Assembly (NCBI GenBank): GCA_965223565.1
Contig: CBDCWV010000004.1
Span: 333,683-397,682, forward strand
Reading direction: 5' to 3'
From: Myxococcota bacterium
GTDB lineage: Bacteria; Myxococcota_A; UBA9160; UBA4427
Length of the DNA: 64,000 nucleotides
The position numbers and the translations under genes are program-made. The notes below the pieces were generated by a model. That model was not told the origin of the DNA. It saw only the letters and a list, made by a program, of their open reading frames with translations, and did no database searches. Below are positions 10,776-20,054 of the stretch, piece by piece (positions within the stretch are counted from its first letter, which is position 1; each line of letters begins with the position of its first letter).

Positions 10776-11663
10776 TCAGGCACCCCCGACCTCTCGCGCT
10801 TCGGAGCGCCTGACCAGATCGTAGAGCAGCACGGCGCCGGCGGTCGCGACATTGAGCGAGGCCACGCGGCCTCGCATCGGGATGGCGACGCGGTGGTCGC
10901 TGGCAGCGAGGACATTGGGGCGAAGGCCTTTCCCCTCGGATCCGAGAACCACCACCAGGTCCCCCTCGAATAATCGGTCCTCCATCGCGAACAGGCTCTG
11001 GCCGCCACGCGGCTCGGCCGCGACGACCCAGAATCCCCCGGCGCGCAGCTCGTCGAGGGCCCGCGCGAGATTCTGGACACGCGCTACGGGAAGCCACTCG
11101 ATCGCCCCGGCCGAGGCACGGCTGACGGTTGCGCTGAGCGGCGGTGCGCGCCGATGGGTGAGGATCAACCCCCCGACACCCGCCGACTCGGCAACCCGTG
11201 CGATCGCTCCCAGGTTCTGCGGGTCTTCCACGCCGTCGAGCGCCAGCAGCAGCCGGCGCTCGCGGCTGCCTGCAGCGGCCGTGGTCTCGATCGCCGCACG
11301 CAGGAGCGATTCGAGCGTCAGCTCGGGAAGCGGTCCCGCGCGGAGGGCCGTGCCCTGTGTACGGGCGTCCGGACCGCACGCCCGCTCGAATCGCGCTCGC
11401 TCGACGCGCTCGACCCCCACACCCGCTTCCTGCGCGAGCGCGAAAAGCTCCGCCTGCGCCTTCGCGGATGCCCCGCCCTGTCTCGCGCTTCTCGGGTCGT
11501 CGCGGAGCCAGAGCATTTCCAGCTTGCGTCGCCGCGCTCGCAGCGCCTCCCGCACTACATGCAGGCCGAATAGCCACGGCCCGTCCTCGCGCTGGGCGGC
11601 GGAGCCGGCACGTCGCGCTCGCCCGGGACGGCTCCGCGCGGATGGTCGACCATGACTCGCCAT
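10776..11663 (-). CDS. rlmB: 23S rRNA G2251 2'-O-methyltransferase (SpoU family)
   Basis: LFGLHVVREAL, LDGVEDPQNLGAIAR, VLGSEGKGLR, IPMRGRVASLNVA; start uncertain. Confidence 0.9.
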   Translation of the reverse strand: MASHGRPSARSRPGRARRAGSAAQREDGPWLFGLHVVREALRARRRKLEMLWLRDDPRSARQGGASAKAQAELFALAQEAGVGVERVERARFERACGPDARTQGTALRAGPLPELTLESLLRAAIETTAAAGSRERRLLLALDGVEDPQNLGAIARVAESAGVGGLILTHRRAPPLSATVSRASAGAIEWLPVARVQNLARALDELRAGGFWVVAAEPRGGQSLFAMEDRLFEGDLVVVLGSEGKGLRPNVLAASDHRVAIPMRGRVASLNVATAGAVLLYDLVRRSEAREVGGA

Positions 11664-11765
11664 TGGATCGGGACTCGAGACGCCCCGCACGGCTCGAGCC
11701 CGAATCGCCTCGAACGAGACGTGATCGTCGGCGGCGCTGCGAGGCTCGGAATTGGAGGAGCTTCG

Positions 11766-13031
11766 TCAGCCCTCGAGCATAGCCCGTAACGGCCTGACGG
11801 CCTCGAGGTAGCTCTGCGCGTCGTCGATCTCCGGATGGTTCTTCAGCTCGAACTCGAGATAGGCGGCGATCTCCTCCATCGCTTCGCCGACCGCCTGCAA
11901 GCGGTCACCGGGCTGCGCGATCGCCGCCGGCGCGAGCACTTCGGGATCGAGACTGGCCGTCGGCCCGCAGCGAATCCCGGCGAGCAGCCGGCGACCGTTC
12001 TCCGCGCTCTCCTCGACGATCCGATCGAGCCGCGCCGCGACCGCGGCCGAGCCATCGATCGCCACGAGCGGCGCCGTCAATTCGCCGATCAGCTTGCAGT
12101 AGCAGCCGAGCGAATGCCGCACGTCCTCATCGCTCGCACCAGCGGGATCTGCCGTCGCTTCGACACCCGGGGCACACAGCTCGACGTGTCCCGTCAGCTG
12201 CAGGAATTGCAGCGTCCGCGCGGCCGTGCGCGCATCGAGCCCCGAAGCCTCACAGACACCGGAGAAGGTCTGCTCCGTCGCGAGTGCCTGCATGACGCTT
12301 CGTTCGTTCTCCGAGGCGGGCGTCCGCGTTTCGCGACCGACTGCGATCCGCGTCTTGTCGCGCGTCAGCGACTCGACGAAGGCGAGTAGCGTTTCGCAGT
12401 CGGCCAACCCCTCGTCGATCAGCCGAGCGGTCGGCAGCGACAAGCGGACGACGTTGTCGGGCTCGATCGCCCCGGACCAGAAGTGGATCCATCCGCCGGT
12501 GTACGTGAATAGCGAGCGAACGATCTCCTCGACGTGGAGCTTCATGCCGTTCCAAAGCGCGCGCGGCGTGAGGAGCCCCTGCTCCACGACGACCTTTCCG
12601 AATCGGGTACCGGGGTGATAGCGGCGTTCCGCCAGATCGAGCTGCGCCTGATCGATCGCGCCCGATCGCAGCAGACTCGCGCCGAGGCGATCCGTCGAGA
12701 GATTCGACTCCGCGAAGACGACCTCGCCGCGATCGAAATAGACGGACTTGATCTCGTTCTCGAACTGGAAATGAAGGAGTCCCGACTCCCGTCCCGAATG
12801 GATCAGACAGAGCGCATCTGCCAGGGCGAACACACCGACGTCGGCAGACAAGGCGAGGTCACAGCCCCACGAAGTATAACGCCCGCGATCCTCGCCGCGC
12901 TCGAGCAGGAGCGTACGGCCGCCGCGGGCGAGCACACGTACGCTCTCGTTCGATGCCAGACCGAGCGCCTCGCGCGACTCCGCAGAGATCGGCCGACCGA
13001 ATCCAAATTCGCCGACGTCATCGCCCGACAC
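11766..13031 (-). CDS. DUF4388 / PatA-N-like domain protein
   Basis: LADALCLIHSGRESGLL...KSVYFDRGEVVFAESN...RLGASLLRSG...RFGKVVVEQGLLTPRALW, typical of myxobacterial DUF4388 proteins; start at GTG after GGAGG. Confidence 0.7.
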   Translation of the reverse strand: MSGDDVGEFGFGRPISAESREALGLASNESVRVLARGGRTLLLERGEDRGRYTSWGCDLALSADVGVFALADALCLIHSGRESGLLHFQFENEIKSVYFDRGEVVFAESNLSTDRLGASLLRSGAIDQAQLDLAERRYHPGTRFGKVVVEQGLLTPRALWNGMKLHVEEIVRSLFTYTGGWIHFWSGAIEPDNVVRLSLPTARLIDEGLADCETLLAFVESLTRDKTRIAVGRETRTPASENERSVMQALATEQTFSGVCEASGLDARTAARTLQFLQLTGHVELCAPGVEATADPAGASDEDVRHSLGCYCKLIGELTAPLVAIDGSAAVAARLDRIVEESAENGRRLLAGIRCGPTASLDPEVLAPAAIAQPGDRLQAVGEAMEEIAAYLEFELKNHPEIDDAQSYLEAVRPLRAMLEG

Positions 13032-13158
13032 GTGCCCTCCGCCCGCTCGTCCCACGTTCCCGGAGCCCTCCTCATCGACCGGCCCGCCAAACGCTTGAGT
13101 CCGCGCGAGTCGAACCGATACACAGAGGACGTGCACGTCCGCCCCCGCGGAGGGCTCG

Positions 13159-13605
13159 ATGACCCGAACCCGCAGCTCCGAGAACGACGGTTTCCACGAC
13201 CGCGCTGGCGACCGCCTGCCCTTTCACACACGGCTTCGGGTTTCGACCGCGGATGGTCGACCGGCAGCGCCGATGGCGAGGACGACAAACGTCGGACTCG
13301 GCGGCGTGCGCGTCACCGCGGCCTCGGGCCTCGTGCCCGGGACCTGCGTGCACGTCTCGTTCCGACTTCCTTCGGGCCGGATCTTCGCCTGCCGCGGACA
13401 CGTGGCCTGGTCCAAGCAGACGCTGCATCCGACACTGCTCGGTTCGCCCAGGGGGAGAGACGACGACGCGATCTTCGGGATCGCCTTCGACGACACGACG
13501 CCGCAGGATCTCATGCCGATCGCGCGACTCTTCTCCAGCTACGATCACGCGCGACGCCGCGCTCGACGCATCCGCCGCATCCACGGCCTGCCGGGACATG
13601 CTTGA
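13159..13605 (+). CDS. PilZ domain protein
   Basis: RAGDR (RxxxR), NVGLGG (variant of D/NxSxxG), GHVAW, FGIAF. Confidence 0.75.
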   Translation: MTRTRSSENDGFHDRAGDRLPFHTRLRVSTADGRPAAPMARTTNVGLGGVRVTAASGLVPGTCVHVSFRLPSGRIFACRGHVAWSKQTLHPTLLGSPRGRDDDAIFGIAFDDTTPQDLMPIARLFSSYDHARRRARRIRRIHGLPGHA

Positions 13606-13641
13606 ATCGAGCTTCGCCGAGCGGGTATGCTTGGCCGCCTC

Positions 13642-13965
13642 ATGAGACCGCCGGGCGCATTCAAACTACTGGGACGCGCGAGACGCAGCGCCGAAGCTGC
13701 GATGGATCCACTCGCGCTCTGCACGGATCGCGGCGACCGGATCGTGGATTCGCTGCGAGAGATGATCCTCGATGACGACGGCGAGCAATCGCTTCGCATC
13801 CGCCAGATCTTCACGCACCCGAGAGAGATCTATCGCGTCGAGATCGATCGGCCCGATCAAAGCTACCAGCGCACGACGCTGCTCGATCGAGACGCGCTCG
13901 AGGAGCTCCTCGCGACCGATGACATTCGTGAGCGCGTACTGGCTCTGCTCGACGCGGCGAGCTGA
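13642..13965 (+). CDS. Hypothetical protein
   Basis: ORF with genome-typical codon usage between pilZ and tRNA-Leu; start could also be ATG 13702. Confidence 0.6.
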   Translation: MRPPGAFKLLGRARRSAEAAMDPLALCTDRGDRIVDSLREMILDDDGEQSLRIRQIFTHPREIYRVEIDRPDQSYQRTTLLDRDALEELLATDDIRERVLALLDAAS

Positions 13966-13978
13966 TCGGCGCGCGAGG

Positions 13979-14060
13979 TGCCCGGAGCAGGACTCGAACC
14001 TGCACGGCCATCGGCCAGACGATTTTAAGTCGTCCGCGTCTACCATTTCGCCATCCGGGC
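13979..14060 (-). tRNA. tRNA-Leu (TAA)
   Basis: GCCCGGATGGCGAAATGGTAGACGCGGACGACTTAAAATCGTC, variable arm, GGTTCGAGTCCTGCTCCGGGCA; followed by CCT, not CCA. Confidence 0.95.
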
Positions 14061-14121
14061 GAACGGCTCTGATTCTATAGTCTCCGGGGTTCGTACGCCC
14101 CCGAGGAGCCTCGGATCCCGC

Positions 14122-14919
14122 ATGTTTCACAACCAGCGCGTCGTGGTCGTGATGCCCGCCTTCAACGCGGCCCGGACGCTCGAACGAACGGTCCAGGAGA
14201 TCCCGATGGATCTCGTCGACGAAGTCGTCGTGACCGACGACGCCAGTCACGACGACACCGTCGAGGAGGCGAAGCGACTCGGGCTACGAACGCTCGTCCA
14301 CCCGAACAACCGCGGCTACGGCGGGAACCAGAAGACGTGTTACCAGGAGGCCCTGCGACTCGGCGCCGACGTCGTCGTGATGCTCCACCCGGACTATCAG
14401 TACACGCCGAAGCTGCTGCCCTCGATGATCGGGTTGCTGACCGACGGTCCCTATGACGTCGTGTTGGGATCCCGAATCCTGGGCGGCGGCGCGCTCAAGG
14501 GCGGGATGCCCCGCTACAAATACGTCGCAAACCGCTTCCTGACGATCACGCAGAACCTCCTCGCCGGCGCCGTCGTCTCGGAGTACCACACGGGCTATCG
14601 CGCGTTCACGCGCCGCGTTCTCGAAGAGTTGCCATTGCTCGAGAACTCCGACGATTTCGTATTCGACAACCAGATGCTCGCGCAGATTCTCTACCAGGGA
14701 TTCGAGATCGGCGAGATCAGCTGCCCCACCGCCTACTTCGAAGAGGCCTCGTCGATCGATTTCCGTCGCTCGCTCCGCTACGGCTTCGGCGTGCTCGGCG
14801 TGTCGCTCCAGCTCTTCCTGCAACGGGTCGGCGTCGCGAGCTTCGCGATCTTCGATCCGAGGGGGCGCAAGCTCGATCCGAATTCGAAGCCGAGACCCGA
14901 GCTTCGGCCCGCCTCCTGA
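14122..14919 (+). CDS. Glycosyltransferase family 2 (DPM1-like)
   Basis: VVMPAFNA, VTDDASHD, NRGYGGNQK, MLHPDYQY, EYHTGYRAF. Confidence 0.9.
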   Translation: MFHNQRVVVVMPAFNAARTLERTVQEIPMDLVDEVVVTDDASHDDTVEEAKRLGLRTLVHPNNRGYGGNQKTCYQEALRLGADVVVMLHPDYQYTPKLLPSMIGLLTDGPYDVVLGSRILGGGALKGGMPRYKYVANRFLTITQNLLAGAVVSEYHTGYRAFTRRVLEELPLLENSDDFVFDNQMLAQILYQGFEIGEISCPTAYFEEASSIDFRRSLRYGFGVLGVSLQLFLQRVGVASFAIFDPRGRKLDPNSKPRPELRPAS

Positions 14920-15029
14920 GACCACGCTCCGTCCGCGCCACGCCCCCGAGCGGGAGCACGACGGAGAACGCTACCCTCTGGCTCGCCAGCAAAGGCACTC
15001 TCCATCCCTCTCGAACCGGAGGAGACACC

Positions 15030-16253
15030 GTGGCCAGTCCGAATCCCGACACGTCCTTTTCCTTCGACGACTTCCATGCGAGCTGGCTGGCGAACGCGCT
15101 CGCGGGGCGTGATTCGCGTCTGCCCGCGCGCTACGCCCGGACACTGCGGCCTTTCGCGATTCGCGAACGGGAGACGGGCGAGGCCTGCACCTACGTGTGT
15201 CGCGCCGACGACGGCACGATCGACCTGCGAGCGGGCGAGACAGCGGCCGCGACGGTCGTCGAGATGCCCCGCGACAGCTTTCGCCACCTGACGCAGGACC
15301 TCGAGTCGGCGCCCGGACTCCTCTACGGAGAGCGCGCCTCGCGCGTGCGCGGCGATCTGATGGAGTTCCTTCAATGGGAGCCGGCGCTGCGGTGGATGTT
15401 CTGCGAGCGTCCGGTCTACGACCCGGACCAGGTCGACCTCCGGGATCGCGACGGACGACCGATCGACCCGACCCGCAGCTTCCGGGCGGACGACGACCCC
15501 GAGGCGATGGCCGACTTCCTTCGTGAGGTGGGATATCTCTGGGTCCGGGAGGTCTTGTCGCGCGAGGAGGTCGACGCGCTCCGCGAAGAGGGCGAACGGT
15601 TGCGCGCCGCCGCACGCGAGGGTGATCAGGAATCCTGGTGGGGCCGACGCGCGGATGGCTCGTCCGTACTCTGCCGCGTGCTGCGCGCGGGCAAGGAGCC
15701 GGGGATGCGTGGGCTCCACGGTGATCCGCGGCTGGAACGTTATGCGGCGCTCTGCGACGTTCCGATGGAGCACAAGCAGGGTCCGACCGACAAGGACGGC
15801 GTGACGACCCTCTGGAAGCAGCCAGGCGTCGAAGAGGGACTCGGCGACCTCCCCTGGCATCGCGACTGTGGCATGGGGGGCCACGCGAGCATGTGCCCGA
15901 CCGCGGTGCTCAGCGTCTTCCTCGGCCCCAACACGCCCGAGGCCGGCCAGATCCGATTCCTGCCCGGCTCGTGGCAGAGCTCGTTCCCCTTCGTCGACGG
16001 CCGGTCCGAATGGGCCCCGACCGGCGTCGCTCCCGCTGCCGAGCCCGGCGACATCACCTTCCACTACGGCGATGGATTGCACGTCGCGCCGCCGCCGACG
16101 AGCAGTCAGGGCCCGTTTCGAAGCTGCGTGCTGATGGGCTACGCGCGCGTCGGCGGCGAGCATCATCTCGGCGGTCGCCACTACAACGATGTCCTGCTCG
16201 GCAGTGAAGACGGACAGATCAAGGACATGCGACGCGTCGCCGACGAGCGCTGA
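15030..16253 (+). CDS. PhyH-family Fe(II)/2-oxoglutarate dioxygenase with N-terminal SCP2-like extension
   Basis: LPWHRD (HxD), PGDITFH...LHVAP (distal His), downstream Arg; RBS GGAGGAG before GTG. Confidence 0.7.
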   Translation: MASPNPDTSFSFDDFHASWLANALAGRDSRLPARYARTLRPFAIRERETGEACTYVCRADDGTIDLRAGETAAATVVEMPRDSFRHLTQDLESAPGLLYGERASRVRGDLMEFLQWEPALRWMFCERPVYDPDQVDLRDRDGRPIDPTRSFRADDDPEAMADFLREVGYLWVREVLSREEVDALREEGERLRAAAREGDQESWWGRRADGSSVLCRVLRAGKEPGMRGLHGDPRLERYAALCDVPMEHKQGPTDKDGVTTLWKQPGVEEGLGDLPWHRDCGMGGHASMCPTAVLSVFLGPNTPEAGQIRFLPGSWQSSFPFVDGRSEWAPTGVAPAAEPGDITFHYGDGLHVAPPPTSSQGPFRSCVLMGYARVGGEHHLGGRHYNDVLLGSEDGQIKDMRRVADER

Positions 16254-16344
16254 GCGACCGCCGCACAACGACGAGTGGCCGACGCCGCGGCCCACACCGC
16301 GGCCAGGACGAGGGGCCAAACGCGGAGCGAGGACGCCGGGAGGC

Positions 16345-16418
16345 TGGAGGCGGCGCCCGGACTCGAACCGGGGATCAGGGCTTTGCAGGCCCGTGCCTTA
16401 CCACTTGGCTACGCCGCC
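16345..16418 (-). tRNA. tRNA-Cys (GCA)
   Basis: GGCGGCGTAGCCAAGTGGTAAGGCACGGGCCTGCAAAGCCC...GGTTCGAGTCCGGGCGCCGCCTCCA. Confidence 0.97.
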
Positions 16419-16500
16419 TCGGAGCCGCCTCGGACGACGCGACGCGGCGGCCGTGCCGGCTGGGCGGGCCCAGAGGATGTACCAGCACGGCTCTTCCCAG

Positions 16501-16980
16501 TCAATCGGGCAGCGGGACCCTCGCTTCGCGACCGCCGAGTCGCACGACATAGCCCTCGCCCCCCGCTTCGACGGCCTGTAGGAACTCCGCCTGGGCCGCA
16601 TGCGTGAAGCGTGCCGGTAGCCCCGCCTGCACGAGCGATCGCTTGACGCGACAGAGCAGCGCGCCGTCGATCGGCGAGAGCGTTAGCGTCTCGAGCTCGA
16701 GCGCCTCCCGCGTGCCATCGGAGAGCAGCACCTCGCCGGCTTCGAGGTCGACCTCGCGCACGAAGAAGCCCGCCTCCTCGACCTCGACCTCGCCGCGGAA
16801 ATGACGGAGTCGGACGACGTACTTGCCCTGGTCGGGGAGGAACTCGACCGAGCGCTCGAAGTGGGCGCGCAGGCGGCGATTCGCGATCGGTTGGCCCTCG
16901 TGGCTGAAACGCCCGTCGTGATGGAGCCGGAGTCCGAACGGACGCAGCGGCGGCGGCCCACGCCTTTGCCCGTCGACCAT
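16501..16980 (-). CDS. DUF1285-like hypothetical protein
   Basis: LRLHHDGRFSHEGQPIANRRL...VEVEEAGFFV...LLCRVK...ARFTHAA resembles DUF1285 proteins; the upstream part of the ORF-track ORF overlaps nuoD-like and is not used. Confidence 0.55.
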   Translation of the reverse strand: MVDGQRRGPPPLRPFGLRLHHDGRFSHEGQPIANRRLRAHFERSVEFLPDQGKYVVRLRHFRGEVEVEEAGFFVREVDLEAGEVLLSDGTREALELETLTLSPIDGALLCRVKRSLVQAGLPARFTHAAQAEFLQAVEAGGEGYVVRLGGREARVPLPD

Positions 16981-17050
16981 CAACACCCGCGCCCCTGCCC
17001 GATCGCCCTCGGCCGTCGAGACAGGCCGACCGAGCCGCGGGTCCCGGTGC

Positions 17051-18226
17051 TCAACGGTCACACTCGCCGGAGACGAGATGAAGCGAGGCCGCCGTCGGAA
17101 GCAGATCGTCGAGGCGGGCCCCGACGAGCATCGCGGGCAGCGCCTGCGCATGGAAGAAGCTCGGCGCGCGACAGCGAATCCGACGGGGCAGATCCGAGCC
17201 GTCGGATACGAGGAAGAAGCCGAGCGCGCCCGTCGCCGCCTCGACCTCGACCGCGACCTCACCCGCCGGCACGACCGCATCGATCGCTGGCGAGGTTGCG
17301 ACGACGCCGGGGCCGAGGCTGACGAGCAGCTTCCGGCATTGATCGATGATCGAGAGGCTCTCTCGAATCTCCTGCTGGACGACGAGCAGACGATCGAATG
17401 CGTCGCCGACCTCGCCGATCGGGACATCGAAATCGACGGCGCCGTAGGCCAGATAGGGTCGGTCGCGGCGCACGTCCTCGGCGACGCCCGAGGCGCGCAG
17501 CGGCGGGCCGGTGACGCCCCAGGCCAGGGCCTGCTCACTCGAGAGCGCGGCCACCCCGCGCAGGCGGCGCTGCAGCGTCGGGTTTCTCGTCGCGACGGTC
17601 TCGAAGCGCTCGAGTCGGGCCTCGATTCGCTCACGCGCCGTGGCCCAACGAACGGGGAAGTCCTCGGGAAGCGGCGACGCCACGCCACCCAGTCGCAGCC
17701 AGTCCGGGAACGCCTCGCCCCCGGTCACGCCGGCCAGGAGCCGCGCGGCGAGCAGCTCGGCGCGATGGGCCGTGATCTCTCCCTCGCGCAGTCCGATCGC
17801 CGTACAGATCGCGGCGAGTCGGGCGAAGTGATCTGCGACGCGCGCCACCTCGGCGACCAACATGCGCAGCCAGACGGCGCGATCGGGCAGCGCCGCGCCG
17901 GCGAGCGTCTCGACCGCCTGGCAATAAGCGATCTGCGCCATCACGCCGCTCGCGAACCCGAGCCGCGCGACGTAGGGCAGTGCACGCGGCCAGGGCACGC
18001 TCTCGACCTCCTTCTCGAAGCCGCGATGTCCGAAGCCGATCTCGACGTCGAGTCGGCGGATCCGATCGTCGTCGAGGTCGACCAGGAAGCTCGCGCTGCC
18101 GCCGACCGCGAGCATCGAGCGGCGAAGTGCGGGATGCGCGACCCCGAGCTCGACCACGCTCTCGGCGAAACCGAGCGACGCCGAGAGCGAGCGCGTGCGA
18201 GCCGGCTCGACCCCACCCGCGCTCAC
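17051..18226 (-). CDS. NuoD-like (complex I 49-kDa family) protein with divergent quinone site
   Basis: IGFGHRGFEK, LVAEVARVADH, GVTGPPLRASGV..DVRRDRPYLAY, VEAATGALG, RIRCRAPSF, C-terminal GECDR; no NiFe-binding Cys pairs. Confidence 0.85.
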   Translation of the reverse strand: MSAGGVEPARTRSLSASLGFAESVVELGVAHPALRRSMLAVGGSASFLVDLDDDRIRRLDVEIGFGHRGFEKEVESVPWPRALPYVARLGFASGVMAQIAYCQAVETLAGAALPDRAVWLRMLVAEVARVADHFARLAAICTAIGLREGEITAHRAELLAARLLAGVTGGEAFPDWLRLGGVASPLPEDFPVRWATARERIEARLERFETVATRNPTLQRRLRGVAALSSEQALAWGVTGPPLRASGVAEDVRRDRPYLAYGAVDFDVPIGEVGDAFDRLLVVQQEIRESLSIIDQCRKLLVSLGPGVVATSPAIDAVVPAGEVAVEVEAATGALGFFLVSDGSDLPRRIRCRAPSFFHAQALPAMLVGARLDDLLPTAASLHLVSGECDR

Positions 18227-18738
18227 GGCGTGTCGTCCTTCGCGATCGCCTGCTTCGCGTCACGCCGATAGTCCTTCCGCAGCGGTGCCCCTTCGAAGGC
18301 CTCGTCGAGCAGCAGGCGACGCAGCTGGGGATGTCCACGAAATCGGATGCCGAACAGATCGAAGATCTCACGTTCGAGCCAGCTCGCCGAAGGCCAGAGC
18401 GATGCGACCGATTCGACCTCCGTCGATTCGTCGGCGAGTCGCGCGTGGACGCGAAGATCCTCGCTCCCGTCCGACGAGCGCAGCCAGTAGACGACCTCGA
18501 AGCGATGCGCGACCGCGCCGTGGTCGATCGCGGTCAGGTCGACCAGACGCCCCATCGACGCCTCGCTCTCCTGTCGCAGTCGCTCGAGCAACACGTGCAC
18601 GTGCTCGGCCGGTACGCGCAGTCGGAGCATCCGCCCGGCGGCCGCCTCCGCAAGGAGCGCGTCGCGCGACTCGCGCTCGACATCGACGCCGAGATCGCGA
18701 TGCCGCGCGCGCAGTCCATTCGGCTCGACGGGGCTCAA
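18223..18738 (-). CDS. NuoC-like (complex I 30-kDa family) protein
   Basis: LVDLTAID, RFEVVYWL, WLEREIFDLFGIRFRGHPQLRRLL, PLRKDY; TTG start overlaps the nuoI-like stop and its stop overlaps the nuoD-like GTG. Confidence 0.85.
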   Translation of the reverse strand: MSPVEPNGLRARHRDLGVDVERESRDALLAEAAAGRMLRLRVPAEHVHVLLERLRQESEASMGRLVDLTAIDHGAVAHRFEVVYWLRSSDGSEDLRVHARLADESTEVESVASLWPSASWLEREIFDLFGIRFRGHPQLRRLLLDEAFEGAPLRKDYRRDAKQAIAKDDTP

Positions 18739-19211
18739 GCGACGGACCCGACCATCCGGAGCAGGTCGACCTGCCGCTCGCTCCCCGACCACACGACGAC
18801 GTGGTCGGGCTCGAGAGAGAGCGCCCCTTCCGGACAATCTCGGACGCAATCGCCACAGCCGATACAACGGTCGATCGCCAGGCTGAAGCTGGCAGGTCGC
18901 GGGTCACTCTCCGCGCCCGGACCGGTGCGGGCCCGAAGCGCCAGACAGCGGCTCGGACAGATCTCGACACAGAGATGGCAGGCCGTGCAGCGATGGCCCC
19001 CGCGTTCGGATCGCACCAGGATCGGCGCGCGTGCGGCACGTGCCGTCGGCAGCGAGGGCCGCTCGCCGAGCGATCCATCGCCCGCGACCGTCGAGCCCGA
19101 TTCCGGTGCGCGCAGACTCAGCCAAACTGCACGCAGCCAGCCGGGGAGCGACCGGAGGAGCGCGAACGTGCGCGGTCGAGTGCGTTTGACGACGACGACC
19201 CGGGAGGACAT
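18735..19211 (-). CDS. NuoI-like 2x[4Fe-4S] protein
   Basis: RCTACHLCVEICP and RCIGCGDCVRDCP with NuoI-like spacing; alternative start GTG 19301 overlapping the lipB stop. Confidence 0.8.
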   Translation of the reverse strand: MSSRVVVVKRTRPRTFALLRSLPGWLRAVWLSLRAPESGSTVAGDGSLGERPSLPTARAARAPILVRSERGGHRCTACHLCVEICPSRCLALRARTGPGAESDPRPASFSLAIDRCIGCGDCVRDCPEGALSLEPDHVVVWSGSERQVDLLRMVGSVA

Positions 19212-19297
19212 CGGGGCCAGAATAGAGGCTTCCCGCACCGCGAGCGACCGACTCCGAGGAAATCCGCCGTCGCGGGCGCCCCGGACGAATCGGGCGC

Positions 19298-20017
19298 TCA
19301 CGAGATCGGCGAGTCCACCCCACACAGCGCCTGCCGCATCGCCGCCCCGATTCGCTCACGGATGCGGTCGTCGAGGTCCGAGCGATCGACCCGGGCGCCT
19401 GCGGCTTCCGCGAAGGCGAGCTCGCGATCGAGCGAAGTCATCTCGACGTCGTGCAGCCCGCAGGGCACGATCGAGTCGAAGCCCTCGAGATCGATCGTCA
19501 CGTTGAGGGCGAAGCCGTGGAACGTGACCCAACGGCGAAGGCCGACCCCGATCGAAGCGAGCTTGCGATCCCGGTCGCCCGCTCGCGGACTCCGCGCGCG
19601 ATCGACGAAGACCCCGGTTCGCCCGTCGACCCGGCAGGCGGGCACGCCGAACGACTCGACCGCGTCGATCACACCCCGCTCGAGTCGCCGGAGATGGTCG
19701 TAGACGTCGCGCCGGCCGCGCGCAGCCAGGCTGACGATCGGGTAGCCGACGAGCTGTCCCGGTGCGTGGTACGTGACGTCACCCCCGCGCGCGACGTCGA
19801 AGACCTCGACCCCCCGTTCCCGAAGCGTCTCGGCCGATACGTGCAGATTGGCGGGGTCGGTCCGTCGGCCGAGCGTCACGACCGGCGGATGGGTGAGCAG
19901 CAGGAGCCGGTCGCACGTTCGGTCGGCGACGCGATCGGCGACCGCACCCGCCTGGAGCGCGAGCGCTTCGCCATAGGGCACTTCGCCCAACCACTCGATC
20001 GAGAGCACAGCGTTCAT
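19298..20017 (-). CDS. lipB: Lipoyl(octanoyl) transferase
   Basis: HPPVVTLGR, RGGDVTYHAPGQLVGY, KLASIG, HGFALN, IVPCGL. Confidence 0.95.
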   Translation of the reverse strand: MNAVLSIEWLGEVPYGEALALQAGAVADRVADRTCDRLLLLTHPPVVTLGRRTDPANLHVSAETLRERGVEVFDVARGGDVTYHAPGQLVGYPIVSLAARGRRDVYDHLRRLERGVIDAVESFGVPACRVDGRTGVFVDRARSPRAGDRDRKLASIGVGLRRWVTFHGFALNVTIDLEGFDSIVPCGLHDVEMTSLDRELAFAEAAGARVDRSDLDDRIRERIGAAMRQALCGVDSPIS

Positions 20018-20054
20018 CGACGCGCTCCCCGCGACGCCTATCCGGCCGGGAAGC

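Noticed and set aside
13979-16418. Genomic island between tRNA-Leu and tRNA-Cys
   Set aside because: No duplicated tRNA 3' end, integrase or compositional shift seen
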